Source: Chlorokybus atmophyticus (lineage: Eukaryota > Plantae > Mesostigma and Chlorokybus algae). From it: a stretch of DNA of 64,000 nucleotides. Of this stretch, positions 12,182 to 24,453 are shown in pieces; the first letter of the stretch is position 1; every line of letters starts with the position of its first letter. The stretch spans positions 875,478 through 939,477 of the forward strand of contig RHPI01002262.1 in NCBI GenBank assembly GCA_009103225.1, given 5' to 3'. Under the pieces are notes generated by a model. That model worked only from the letters and a program-made list of their open reading frames with translations, had not been told where the DNA came from and did not search any database. The position numbers were made by a program, and so were the translations under genes.

Positions 12182-15100
12182 ATGGCGCTGGGCCGGGTGC
12201 TCGGCGCCGGCCGGGTGGGCCTCCGGAGGGCCTGGCCGACCGGGCTTCACCGCTTCAGGGAGCTTATGGTGGCTTCCTCCTCGACTTTGTCGTCGGAATC
12301 TTCTATATACCGCAGACACTTCTCCTCCTCTGCTGCCCCACCACCACCTCCTCCTCCTCCTGGCCCTGCCACCGCCGCTGCTCCAGGTAGACTTACTAAG
12401 TGACCAACGTGCTGACTCTTCGTGACTTGTCATGAGCAGCATTCACCGCATGGGAGGTCGCTTTCAACATGCATAACAAGCAACTACTTGTTAACGGCCA
12501 GTTTCTGTTTGGTGTGTCTTGCATGCTAAATTGTTTCGGTTGCAGCGGTCTTGAACTCATGCGTGTCACTTGCATCAGCAACAAGTTGCTGGTTGACAGT
12601 AAGGGTCAACTCAGTACAAGTGCAAGCATGCGTCTCCAGATCCAGCGCTTGGCATATTGCATGCTGTTCTCAAACACCGCCGCAGTCATGATCTGATAAA
12701 GTTGGCATGTGCAGTGTCCTTGCAGAAGTTGCACGATAACTTCCTTGATGGCACGAGCAGCACGTACCTCGAGTCGCTCGAGAAGGAATGGGCAAAGGAC
12801 CCGTCCTCGGTGCACCCTACATGGCGCACTGTGTTTGACAGTCTTAAAGAGGGCACAGTTGACAACGAACGCTACCGAGCATTCTCACAGGTATGATATT
12901 CCTACTTCATCACTGTCAAAGTTATTCGCAATGCATGCAAGGACATTGCTCATCAGCATACGTGTTGCACTTGCAGGCTGTGGCATTGAAGGCAGCGTCT
13001 TCTGCTGATATCCGCCCGGATGAATTAGGCAAGGTGATTCAGGAGAGCATGCGGTTGCTGCTGTTGGTGCGCGCGTACCAGGTGCAAGGCCACATGATTG
13101 CCAACCTGGACCCACTTGGATTGACGCAACCCAAGATGCCGGCCGAACTTGACCCCGCGCTGTACGGCTTCAGTGACGCAGACATGGATAGGAAGTTCTT
13201 CCTCGGCACGTGGCGCATGAAAGGCCTGTTGCATGAGCAGACCCCCGTGCGGACGCTGAGGTCAATACTCGAGCGGCTGAAACGCGTATACTCCGGCAAC
13301 ATCGGGTTTGAGTACATGCACATCCCGGATCGTGACCGGTGCAACTGGCTTCGGGAACGCATTGAAGACCTCAATCACAGGCGCTATGGCAAAGCAGAGA
13401 AAGAGGTGCTTCTGGACCGGCTCATGTGGGGCACAGAGTTCGAGAGCTTCCTGGAGTCCAAGTGGACATCAGCTAAGAGGTTTGGTCTGGAGGGCGGTGA
13501 AACCCTCATTCCAGGGATGAAAGCTCTCATTGATCGAAGTGCTGATCTCGGGGTGGAGAGCGTTGTCATTGGCATGCCACATCGCGGGCGTCTTAATGTA
13601 CTTGCAAATGTTGTGCGCAAGCCCATGGCGCAGATCTTCAGCGAGTTCTCAAAGGGTGTGGCGCCCATCAAGTCCGAAGACCCCGCGCAGTTCATTGGCT
13701 CCGGTGATGTCAAGTACCATCTCGGTACGTCATACGATCGCCCAACGCGTGGCGGCAAGCGCGTGCATCTGTCTCTCATTGCCAACCCAAGCCACCTCGA
13801 GGCTGTGGATCCGGTTGTTGAAGGCAAGACGCGCGCGAAGCAGTACTTTTCGCAAGACTTCTCACGTGACAAGAACATGGCTGTCCTCCTGCATGGCGAT
13901 GGTAGCTTTGCTGGTCAAGGAGTTGTTTTTGAGACCTTTGATATGAGCAACCTGCCGGAGTACACTACTGGTGGCACTGTGCACATTGTTGTCAACAATC
14001 AGGTACACAGTCTGCATGTGCTCTGTACATTTGTCATCAAGTTGTGTTTGTGATTGGAATTCAAGTTTAGCTTGCTTGCTGACTTTGCTGGCAACAGGTG
14101 GCATTCACAACGGATCCCAAGTACAGCAGGTCCAGCGCTTATTGCACAGATGTGGCCAAGGCGCTTAATGCACCTATATTCCATGTCAATGGAGATGATC
14201 CAGAGGCTGTCCAGTATGTTTGCGAGCTGGCGGCCGAGTGGCGTCAGCGATGGAAGGAAGATGTGGTCATTGACATTGTAAGTGATCATGCACTGCATAC
14301 CCTGCACATGCTGCATGTTGCATAGCCCGCTTGCAGCAGCTCATAATGCAACCATTGTGCAGGTATGCTACAGGAAGTTTGGTCACAATGAGATTGATGA
14401 GCCGTCCTTCACACAGCCATTACTTTACCAGCGCATCCGATCGCACACACCAGCTCTGAGTGAGTGCTTACTGCAATTGGTGGTTTGCACTGCTTGATGC
14501 TGTGCTTAACTCCTCTCTGCATGTGACACAATGGCCACTCTGTACAAATGGCTGGTCGGAAGGTCAGTGCGTTGACTGATGCAGTTGTCTCCGTGCAGGT
14601 TCTTACTCAAAGAAGCTGATTGATTCTGGGGAGTTTACGGATGCAGAGGTCAAGGCCATGGACGACCGCGTGAGGTCCATCCTGAATGAAGAGTTTGAGA
14701 ACAGCAAGACTTACACGATGAAGGATGTCGATTGGTTGGCGTCTCATTGGAAGGGTTTCCGCGGCCCGGGCCAACTGTCTCGTATCAGGAACACGGGTGT
14801 ACCAAAGAAGATCCTTGAAGATGTTGGCCGCGCAATTACCACCCTACCTGAGGGTTTCAGTGCACATCGGTATGTGACGCGTTGCCAAGGGCGATCCCAG
14901 GCTACGCATAGCCAATTGTCTAGCTGGTGCTAATGTGTCATTGCCTCTGCAGTGCGCTGAAGAGAGTGTATGAAGCAAGGCGGCAGATGATTGAGACTGG
15001 TGAGGGTATTGACTGGGGAACGGCGGAGGCGTTGGCATTCGGCACGCTGCTTGTCGAGGGCAACCACGTGCGTTTGAGTGGGCAGGACGTGGAGCGGGGA

Positions 15101-16231
15101 ACATTTTCCCATCGCCACTCTGTCGTACATGATCAGAAGACGGGTGAACGCTACATTCCCTTGAGTCATGTTGTTCCTGACGCCCCTCCCGGCTTGTTCA
15201 CTGTTTGCAATAGCTCCCTCTCTGAGTTTGGCGTGCTGGGCTTCGAGCTTGGCTACTCAATGGAGTCGCCCAATTCGCTCGTGTTGTGGGAAGCGCAGTT
15301 TGGGGACTTTGCCAACGGCGCACAGGTCATTATTGACCAGTTCCTGTCTTGTGGTGAGGCCAAGTGGCTGCGGCAGACCGGGCTGGTGTGTTTGTTGCCC
15401 CACGGGTACGATGGACAAGGGCCAGAGCACTCATCGGCGAGGTTGGAACGGTTCCTGCAGCTTGCGGATGACAACCCTGCAGAAATACCCCCCATGGACC
15501 CTTCAGTCCGCACGCAGCTGCAGCAGTGCAATTGGCAGGTCTGCAACGTGACCACTCCAGCAAACTACTTCCACGTGCTGCGACGACAAATTCACCGCGA
15601 CTTCCGTAAGCCTCTCATCATAATGTCGCCGAAGAACCTCCTTCGCCATCCCAAGGTCAAGTCCCACATCACCGAGTTTGATGACGAGCAGGGCCATCCC
15701 GACTGGGACAAGCAGGGCACCCGCTTCAAGCGCATAATCAAGGACAAGGGCAACCACCAGGCCAAGGAGACGGGCTTCAAGCGACTGGTCCTGTGCAGTG
15801 GCAAAGTGTACTACGAACTTGATGAGCTGCGCGAATCGCTCGGCCTCAACGATACGGTCGCCATCTGCCGCGTGGAGCAGATCTGCCCCTTCCCTTGGGA
15901 CCTCATCCAGCGCGAGATTAGGCGCTACGAGGGTGCGGAGATAGTGTGGGCACAGGAGGAGCCCATGAACATGGGAGCGTGGAGCTACGTCTTCCCTCGC
16001 ATGCACACAGTGCTCAAGGTATGGCTGCTGAGATGTCAATTGCAGGTAATCCTGACGTGTTGTATGCATTGTAACTTAACATATAGCGCATCATTGCAGG
16101 GAGAGGGCAGGAGTATTGATGAGCTGAGGTATGTTGGACGGCTGCCAGCCGCATCTCCTGCAACAGGCTATCTGGAGCAGCACAAGAGAGAGCAGACGCA
16201 GCTGGTCAAGGAAGCAGTCACCTTGGAGTAA
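12182..16231 (+). CDS. OGDH: 2-oxoglutarate dehydrogenase E1 component, mitochondrial; 7 exons
   Basis: Arg/Ser-rich presequence exon 12182-12387, then [58 protein letters not shown], the ThDP motif [11 protein letters not shown]...[32 protein letters not shown] and [14 protein letters not shown]; stop TAA at 16231. Confidence 0.98.
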
Positions 16232-16926
16232 ATGGGGCAATTTTGTGTGCAGTAGCAGTGTGACGTTGTGTACTGTGTATAACTACCAAGCATGCTAGGC
16301 TTGTAATGCTACGAAGCCGGTGGCCTGCCAGTTGCTGCTGGCCTTCCTGCATGAATAGCTATAAGACCGGCTTCTGCACAGTTTTGCATTGAGCAGTTGC
16401 TGTTAAGGCGTGCGCATCATCCTGCGGGTGCAGGATGCACTGCAGTTCAACGATCTTAATATGTGAACCACTGTTGCCACGTGCTGTATTGCATTTGCTG
16501 TATAGATCTCAGTCCGGTATATACACATGGACAAGGTTGGGCTACCGTTACCTACCTACCAGTAGTAGCCGTGTTTGCCATATTGTGAGGTAATTACTCG
16601 TATTCACACGTGTACTGGGTAGGCAGTTACGTGTCCCTGCGTAGCACACAACAACAATTACTGCAAAGTATGCACTCAGCATGCACGATACAGCTCTTGG
16701 ACATGGCTGCACGTAACCACTGGGCGACGGCCACAAGTTCAACATCACACACCCTTTTTGACCTGAAGTCATCATCTGTAAGGACACATGAAGATCATGC
16801 AATGGAGTTGTATAAGCAATTGCACAGGGTATCAGCTACATTTAGCGTTTGCCTTCCATCCTGGGGTGGGGGGTGATCCTAGGTCACACACACGCACCGC
16901 GTGTACCTTGTACAAAGGATATGCCC

Positions 16927-17614
16927 NNNNNNNNNNNNNNNNNNNNNNNNNNNNNNNNNNNNNNNNNNNNNNNNNNNNNNNNNNNNNNNNNNNNNNNNNN
17001 NNNNNNNNNNNNNNNNNNNNNNNNNNNNNNNNNNNNNNNNNNNNNNNNNNNNNNNNNNNNNNNNNNNNNNNNNNNNNNNNNNNNNNNNNNNNNNNNNNNN
17101 NNNNNNNNNNNNNNNNNNNNNNNNNNNNNNNNNNNNNNNNNNNNNNNNNNNNNNNNNNNNNNNNNNNNNNNNNNNNNNNNNNNNNNNNNNNNNNNNNNNN
17201 NNNNNNNNNNNNNNNNNNNNNNNNNNNNNNNNNNNNNNNNNNNNNNNNNNNNNNNNNNNNNNNNNNNNNNNNNNNNNNNNNNNNNNNNNNNNNNNNNNNN
17301 NNNNNNNNNNNNNNNNNNNNNNNNNNNNNNNNNNNNNNNNNNNNNNNNNNNNNNNNNNNNNNNNNNNNNNNNNNNNNNNNNNNNNNNNNNNNNNNNNNNN
17401 NNNNNNNNNNNNNNNNNNNNNNNNNNNNNNNNNNNNNNNNNNNNNNNNNNNNNNNNNNNNNNNNNNNNNNNNNNNNNNNNNNNNNNNNNNNNNNNNNNNN
17501 NNNNNNNNNNNNNNNNNNNNNNNNNNNNNNNNNNNNNNNNNNNNNNNNNNNNNNNNNNNNNNNNNNNNNNNNNNNNNNNNNNNNNNNNNNNNNNNNNNNN
17601 NNNNNNNNNNNNNN
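16927..17614. other. Assembly gap (688 N)
   Basis: Run of N characters. The ORFs listed across it are artefacts. Confidence 1.
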
Positions 17615-19772
17615 CGCCCCCTGGCGCTCTCTATGTCTCTGTGTGTGTGTGCATGTGCACACACACGCAGAGAAATTGTTGGTAGTAGAGTAGGTAGGAA
17701 AGTTAGCAAGTAATAGTAGCCCGATGGTCTACATAAGCGGTGTGAGCTGCATGTTGATATCATGCTTGGTCCATTGCACGTGTTGCACATATTCTGTACA
17801 CAATGTCATTTGTATGACACCTTGCATGTGTTGCTGCGTGCTGACTGGACTACACGTTGTGCATGCGCATGCATGTCCAGCATTTAATGTACACCTACCG
17901 CGTGTACCTGCACAAAAACTGCCTCTAGCATATCCTGTACAAAGGTTATGCCCCGCCCCCCCCCCCCCTTGTATCTCTATATCTCTCTCTGAGCGCGCAA
18001 GCGCGCATGCTTACGTATAGTAAATGCATAGGGGAATTGCCCATTGAAACCACACCACGCATGCAACACGCTGCATAACGTGTACAAAGAATGCAATGCG
18101 GTGATATGAGTATAATTAGGGTAGGTTGACATTGCTATTTGTATAGTTGGGTGGCATTCCATAAGAGGTAACTACCAATGGCGGTTGAGTAAAAAGGCGT
18201 ACCTGCTTTGAAGTGGAGCGCCGGCACCACCTACGATAGCGACTATAGTAGGGCTGGAGCGCCTTCACTCGATGCCTGCCATCGAGCTGCCATCTAGAGA
18301 AGCATCATTCGTGCCGTCTGCCTTTGTGGAGCTGAACTCGACTATGCTCTGGGAGGCACTGGTGACGTCGAAAATGTTGGCAACCGATAAACATATAAGC
18401 ACTAAAACCTATTCCTGGATAGGCCCGCAATGTACTTGGCAACGTTCCGGCATTGAGCCGCTTATGGGGGCATAAGGAAATTGGGAGTTGCAAGTAATGT
18501 ACATGCTCCTCCTTTGTGTGTATAGTACCCGCTGCAGCTGGTTCGCTGATACAATTAGTCCTTGTGCTTATGAGTTTTGGGCAAGATGAACTGTGCCAGG
18601 TGCTGATAAGCAGCTTGCATAGAGCTAATCAGTATGTATGCCAGCAGTAACTACTGATGTGACATGTTGAGACTGAAGAGACATGTCTTTCACAGATGTA
18701 TTGTGCGATACAATGTCTAACCTTGCTGCAATCATAAACATTTTGTCAAGAGTGGGCATTGTGTTACTTGTCATAATACATTTACGGTTGAACAATGCAA
18801 GACAATGCGCGAAAGTTGAGCGCAGCGTCATCATGTGCGACACATTACGCCAACGTCAAATCGGGTATGCGATTATGAATATAATAATATAATAATATCA
18901 CCCGCAAGTTCAATGTCATATTATGCATCAGGTGTGCAGTGTGTGTCGAATGTGTCATCTATACATATTGCGCTGAAGTGTAACAACAAATTCTATTTGC
19001 TCGCTTGCATATGTCTCATTGTCACACACACACAATATGCTGTTATGAGCACTCTATCGCAATCAATTTTACAACTCAAGCACTCATGATAGAATGCTTG
19101 TGTAAAGTTAGATGCGCAGAGCGCTGTTTTGCTGTCGCATTCGAATTTCCCATATCTTCGCGAAGGGCAATGGAATCTCTTAGATGCATACTTAGAACTG
19201 TACTCTATGCATGTTATTATATAATTGCAAGAATACGGCGGCAACCTGCCTGATTCGGGAGGAATTGGTGCAATTGAGGCACCCATCGACCATGTTCATT
19301 ACATACTATCATTATATCATATGCTCATGCATATTACGCAGTGATGCGCAATCATTTTAGAATACTACATGTACATTTGGCCGATATTGAGAGGTCTGCT
19401 TATATAGAAATCGTGCAAGCGTCCAACTGGCTTGAGAATGGGATGGACATTCCTTAACAGAATTACTTGTCAATGACAAGTTGTCATCAGTATGGTAGGC
19501 ACGCTGTTTTCGGCAAGGCTTGTGCCAGTGGCATGCATCTTGATTGATGGAGTGGCTTGCATGCGCCACAATTCATGAGTTGCCATACATGTAGCATTCC
19601 AAAACCTGACATGTCGCAACACGTGACTTGCGAGAGGGCCATCCGTACCAAAACCCAGAACGGTTTGTCTAGAGCAAGCCAAGCCGCCCTGGACGCGACG
19701 GCCGCGGCGGGCGAGGCCGACGCCGACGCCGACGAGGAGGCGGAGGACAAGGAGGAGGACCAAGGGTAGGGC

Positions 19773-22700
19773 ATGATGAAGACGGCCGGTGGCGGTGCGG
19801 GCATTGCGACGGTCACGGCGATCCTCCTGGCCGCGGCCCTGCTGTCTGCCCTTACGCCGCCCGCTTCTGGTATGTGCTTTGCTGCTGCTGCGGACGCGGG
19901 TGTTGTTGTTGATGATGAGGATGAGGCCAAGGAGGCGGAGTACAAGTAGGAGGTAATGGCTGTAAGCAACTGACTGGATCTTGCTCGTCCTGTGCAGGTA
20001 ATGTGTATTACACTAGCTGGCTGGCCACCATAGTGCTGGGGCACAACTTCACGGACTACCTGCAGTCGCCAGTGGCCTACCGGGCGGGCCTGGCCGGCGA
20101 CATTGCCGCTGCCCTCAATGTCACCCTCAGTGACGTCGTTCACGTGCGTGGCGCCTTCTACCACGTCAAGGGCTTGCAAGCCGTTATCCAATTTGTCAAC
20201 AACCATGGCGCCGGTCACTCCCCCCGGAATCTGGCTGAAACCCTAGTGGCTGCAGATTACACCCAGGCTGGAAGGTATTGTATGACACACATAACATCAG
20301 TGTGGCTTGCGCCCCTAAGCTACACATACGCGTGTGCCAACTTCATGACTACGGCATGTCATGCTTGTCCTGAGAGATTTAAGCTTCGCGTGTCGATAGT
20401 ACTTGCTGTTGTCGCCTCGTGCGATTGAGTCTGAAAAAACATTGAAGCGAAGAGTGTGATGCCTGTTCATCGCATTGCTTACATACATTGTCTGTAGGCC
20501 ACTAACACTAAACGATAAACATTCAACTTGTTGTGGTCGTCTATTGAAATTGTAGCATAGGTAAAGGTTGTTTGACTATCTTTGTGTTTATGCGTGTGCT
20601 TTCTGCAGTTTGTGCCTACACATTGCGGGCTGGTTAGTCACATTTGTGCGCGCGCAAGCATGCGTGTCCTGACTTCTGCTTTACTAAGTGCTTGAGTGTG
20701 TATTCAATAGGTATTTAAGAGAAGCCATCCGCGGGTTGGATGTTGGTTTGGGTGCAATTGGCGCGAGAGCTGTCCCGCAATGTGAAAGCTGTTCAGACAC
20801 CTATCAGATGCGTCCTCCGCCGTTCTTCGAGTGCAACTGCGTGCGTGCATTGGACGTGCACTTGCGTCTGGGCCGGGCGGTACCCAACGCAACGCTTGCG
20901 AGCATGACTCTTGGCTTCCGGATGGCGGCGGTACTAAAGTCCCGCCCCAACCTCTTGAGCTTTGACTACAACCCAACCAACAAATCGATGATCATACATG
21001 TGTTCCCGCCGCCGGGGCAGCATGTGGTCCCGCCGGTTCACACGTCCGAAATGGTCAAAATCATGACAAAGAGGACCACCAACATGCAGCGCGTGCTCGG
21101 GTCTTTTGTTGTGCAGATGATCGCACTTGGGAGCCACTTGCCGATGAAGTATTGGGCCCCGCCGCAGTATGACTACCCGTGCTACGTGGACTGTGGACCC
21201 ACGCCAAACGTGAACACCGAGCCGTGGCTCGCGCGTGTCACGCTGCTGCGTGGGTACTCTGCGTACAAAGACAACCCCGCGCAGACCTTTGCGCAGCTTG
21301 CTGCCGACGCTGAAGTACTTATGACGCGACTCACCCCTGCTCAGGTGAGCTGCTGCTACTGCTGCTGTTGTTGTTATTGTTGTAACTATGTCTGTGTGTA
21401 CGTGCTTCTTGTGTGAAGTTTCCACCAACCTTGTAGTCAATGTCACCGTCCACATCAACATTATTGTCATTATCGCCGTCATCATCATCAACAACAACAA
21501 CAACAACAACAACAACATCGTATCATGGTCATCAACAGCAGTTGCAGCAACTCTATCACCATTAAGAACATTGGCATCATCACCGCGTTACGGGTTGAGG
21601 CTTACATGTGTTTTTGTGTGCGTCAGTTGCAAGTGGCAGGGGTTATTCCTGTCGAGCAAGATGCAATGCTTGTGGTCCTCGAGGTGTCGTATGACGAGGG
21701 GCAGTTATGGAATCCCGGCAACTTGACCCGACAGCTGGCAAGCCGCTTGCTGTCAATGAGCCCGATCCTGCAAAACACCACATTGTTCAGGTTCTATGAC
21801 AACTCAACCGCACCCGACTTGTTACCAACACCCGGTGAGTATTATACATACAGTGTGGTGTTGTTGTGTGTATGTATTCTGTGTGGAGGTGTGGCGCGTG
21901 CATGCGCAACTGCGCACGTGCGAGGCACACAATTTACGACAAATCCGATACATATTAACATGTGTGCGAACTGTGCAGCTTGCGCGGCGTGTTCAGACCC
22001 ACGCAAAGAGCTCAGGCCGCCACCTTACTTCACATGCGATTGCGTGGCGCCGTTGTTCCTCAACATCACGCTCTCGGACACATTGAGCGCGGCTTATCAT
22101 GCCTCAGGCCAGCTGTCTGTTCGCTTTGCCGACGCCATCGGCACCGACCCTTCCTTAGTCACCATCGAGTACTTTTCTCCCACTCTCGCGCAAGTCATTG
22201 TGTTCCCGCCTCCCATTGCAACCTTTGCTTATGATGCCGACATCGCACCCGTCGTGCGGCTATTCAGAGGCGCCAACGGGCCGATACCGATGCAAGACGT
22301 GTTATCGGGGCCTCAGGCCTTGATATCGGCCTCATTCGGTGGGAAGATTGTGTTCGAAATCAATGCCGCCTCGCCATCGCCCCCGACTTTCGACCCACAT
22401 TCCAATGCACCCGTTGTGATGGACTTAATGTTGGCATCCCCGTACAGTTCTTATTCAATCGACCCGCAGGCGTTTGAAGCCAGCTTTATTTCCGATCTCA
22501 TGAGTATGGCTAAACGTGCGATTCCTAACCTTGTGGCCGTCACAACCAAAGTCACAGGCGCAGCGCCTACCGACACCGGGATGCAGGTGTGTATATGTTT
22601 TGCTTGTGTGCAAGTGCATGGTAAGACAAGCTTTTGTGCCCACGGCGACATTCTGTGCATCTCCGAGCGACTGCATACTTGTGCGCGTGCGCGTGCGCGT

Positions 22701-24055
22701 GCGTGTGCGTGTGCGTGTGCGTGTGCGTGTGCGTGTGCGTGTGCGTGTGCCTGTGCATGGTATGTATGGCCAGGTAGATGTGTGGCGACGCTGTTTTTGT
22801 ATGTGCATACAGCAGACAATGTCTCATATACCACAAGTGCAGCAGTGTCTTGCGCACGCCATTGCATGCTTGTGTGCCACACATACACACGCGTCTTTTT
22901 GGGAAACAAAGCACAACCTTTGCGCAGGTTTCACTCGTCATCAGTGACGTGTTGGGCAGCACGCCAGGCGACGTGGCGGCATATCTTCGTGACGCGTCGA
23001 CAACATACCCACCCGTGCTCCCGAGCATCATCGATCGGAGCTTCATCCCAACATTGAGCGCAGTCCCTTCCTGTGCGGCGTGCCCACCGTTGCAGGCCAC
23101 AAGGCCACCACCGACATTGCACACATGCGAGTGCGTGACACCTGTGACGGCCCAAATTACTCTCACCAGCCCTCGCGCATACCAACACAACGACTCGCTT
23201 TGGCTTCATGAGCGCCTTGCGGAAGCGTTGGGTGTTGAGCCGAACCTCCTCGTGAGCGTTCTTGACGACAAAGCCACAACCCTCACAATCCAGGTGTTCC
23301 CGCCATCTCCGGCAAACGCCCTTCGCGGCCCCGATGTTGCCCACCTTCTGGACCGCCTCCTCCTTCGTCTTCATGGCCAACACACCCCACTTGAACTGTT
23401 ACTTGGCAGGTACGTGTGTTTGCATGCGCATGTGTGCACGCGCGCGCGCGCGTGCGTGACTAACACCACACACCACATTGGCCTAACATAACATCTTGAT
23501 AACTTGCTGCCCAAAACGCTTATAGAATTTGTCGCATCGCATAACATGTGCATGGTTGTGTTCATCCAACATGTTTGCAAGATTGACTGAGTTGTTGAGT
23601 GCGTGTGTGCAACATGCGTGACACTTCCAACTGACATCCTTGCGTGGTGCAGTTTTAGGCTGGAGACGCTGTATGCGGGCGCGGAGTTGTGGTACAGTGC
23701 GCCCGCGCTGGACTCGCAGAGGGCGGGAGGGTCCAACATGGTGCTGGCGTCCTCCGCGGGGGCATTGCTCGGGACATTGGGTGTGTGCATGGCGGCGACG
23801 GCGTGCATGATGCTCTGTTTTGCATTGGTGATAAGGTGTGCTATGTGGCGTGGAGGAGGAGCACACATGCCCAACAAACTCTCCTACACGCCTGCGCCGC
23901 ACACCCACAAAACCCAACCTCATGTCGAGGTTGTGATGCACACCAAACGTGTACCAATCTCGGAGATTTGTGAAGTGGTGTCACCCACCAACCATCAGGT
24001 GTTCCCAATGACTCTGGTTGCCAGGCCAACACCCGGCATGGCAGTGCAACAGTAG
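19773..24055 (+). CDS. Type-I membrane, kinase-less receptor-like protein: signal peptide, (SEA-like module B + Cys-anchored SEA-like module A) x3, TM helix, short tail; 7 exons
   Basis: Signal peptide MMKTAGGGAGIATVTAILLAAALLSALTPPASG (19773-19869). Three CxxC-x6-7-RPPP-x3-4-CxCV...VFPP modules alternate with three L-x2-3-[YF]xxYxxxP modules. TM segment GALLGTLGVCMAATACMMLCFALVI. All intron phases are compatible; stop at 24055. Confidence 0.75.
22681..22752. repeat. (GCGTGC)/(GCGTGT)n alternating purine-pyrimidine intronic repeat
   Basis: Read directly from the sequence. Similar tracts occur in most long introns, e.g. (TG)n at 27393-27435. Confidence 0.9.
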
Positions 24056-24453
24056 TCATGTGTAGCAAAACAGTCGCGATGTCATAAAAGGATGCGCATT
24101 TGTGGTTTTGGCAGTAGAAAGGTTGGAATAAGGATACAATATTTGTCCATAGGCAGTGGTATGTAAATAGTTACTATATTTGGAATTAATCGGACACCGC
24201 TTTGTGGGTGCAGCTAAATTATGAACTTGAGTTGGTAGCAGAGCGCTCTTTACGTTGTTGTGGGGGTGTTTATGCAAGGTGGCTTGGGTGCATGTGGTTG
24301 TACCATGTAGAGCGTTGACACTTGACGATGTGCACATATACATTTTATGAGTTATCAACTTATGTCGAAATTCGCGTGTATTACAATGCCCATAAAGTCT
24401 GCCCCTTGACTGCTGCCAACGCTGAGCTACATGATGTACACGTGCACACGCAT

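Noticed and set aside
16418-16437. 8-bp stem hairpin in the OGDH 3' region
   Set aside because: A stem this short is expected by chance, and prokaryote-style terminators do not apply to this eukaryotic locus.
16788-17790. Long ORFs of 270-300 aa across the N run
   Set aside because: They are artefacts of untranslatable N bases.
18993-19286. YSSKYASK resembling the Helitron/Rep YxxKYxxK motif in an AT-rich patch
   Set aside because: It is a single short motif with no HUH or helicase context. Too weak without a profile search.
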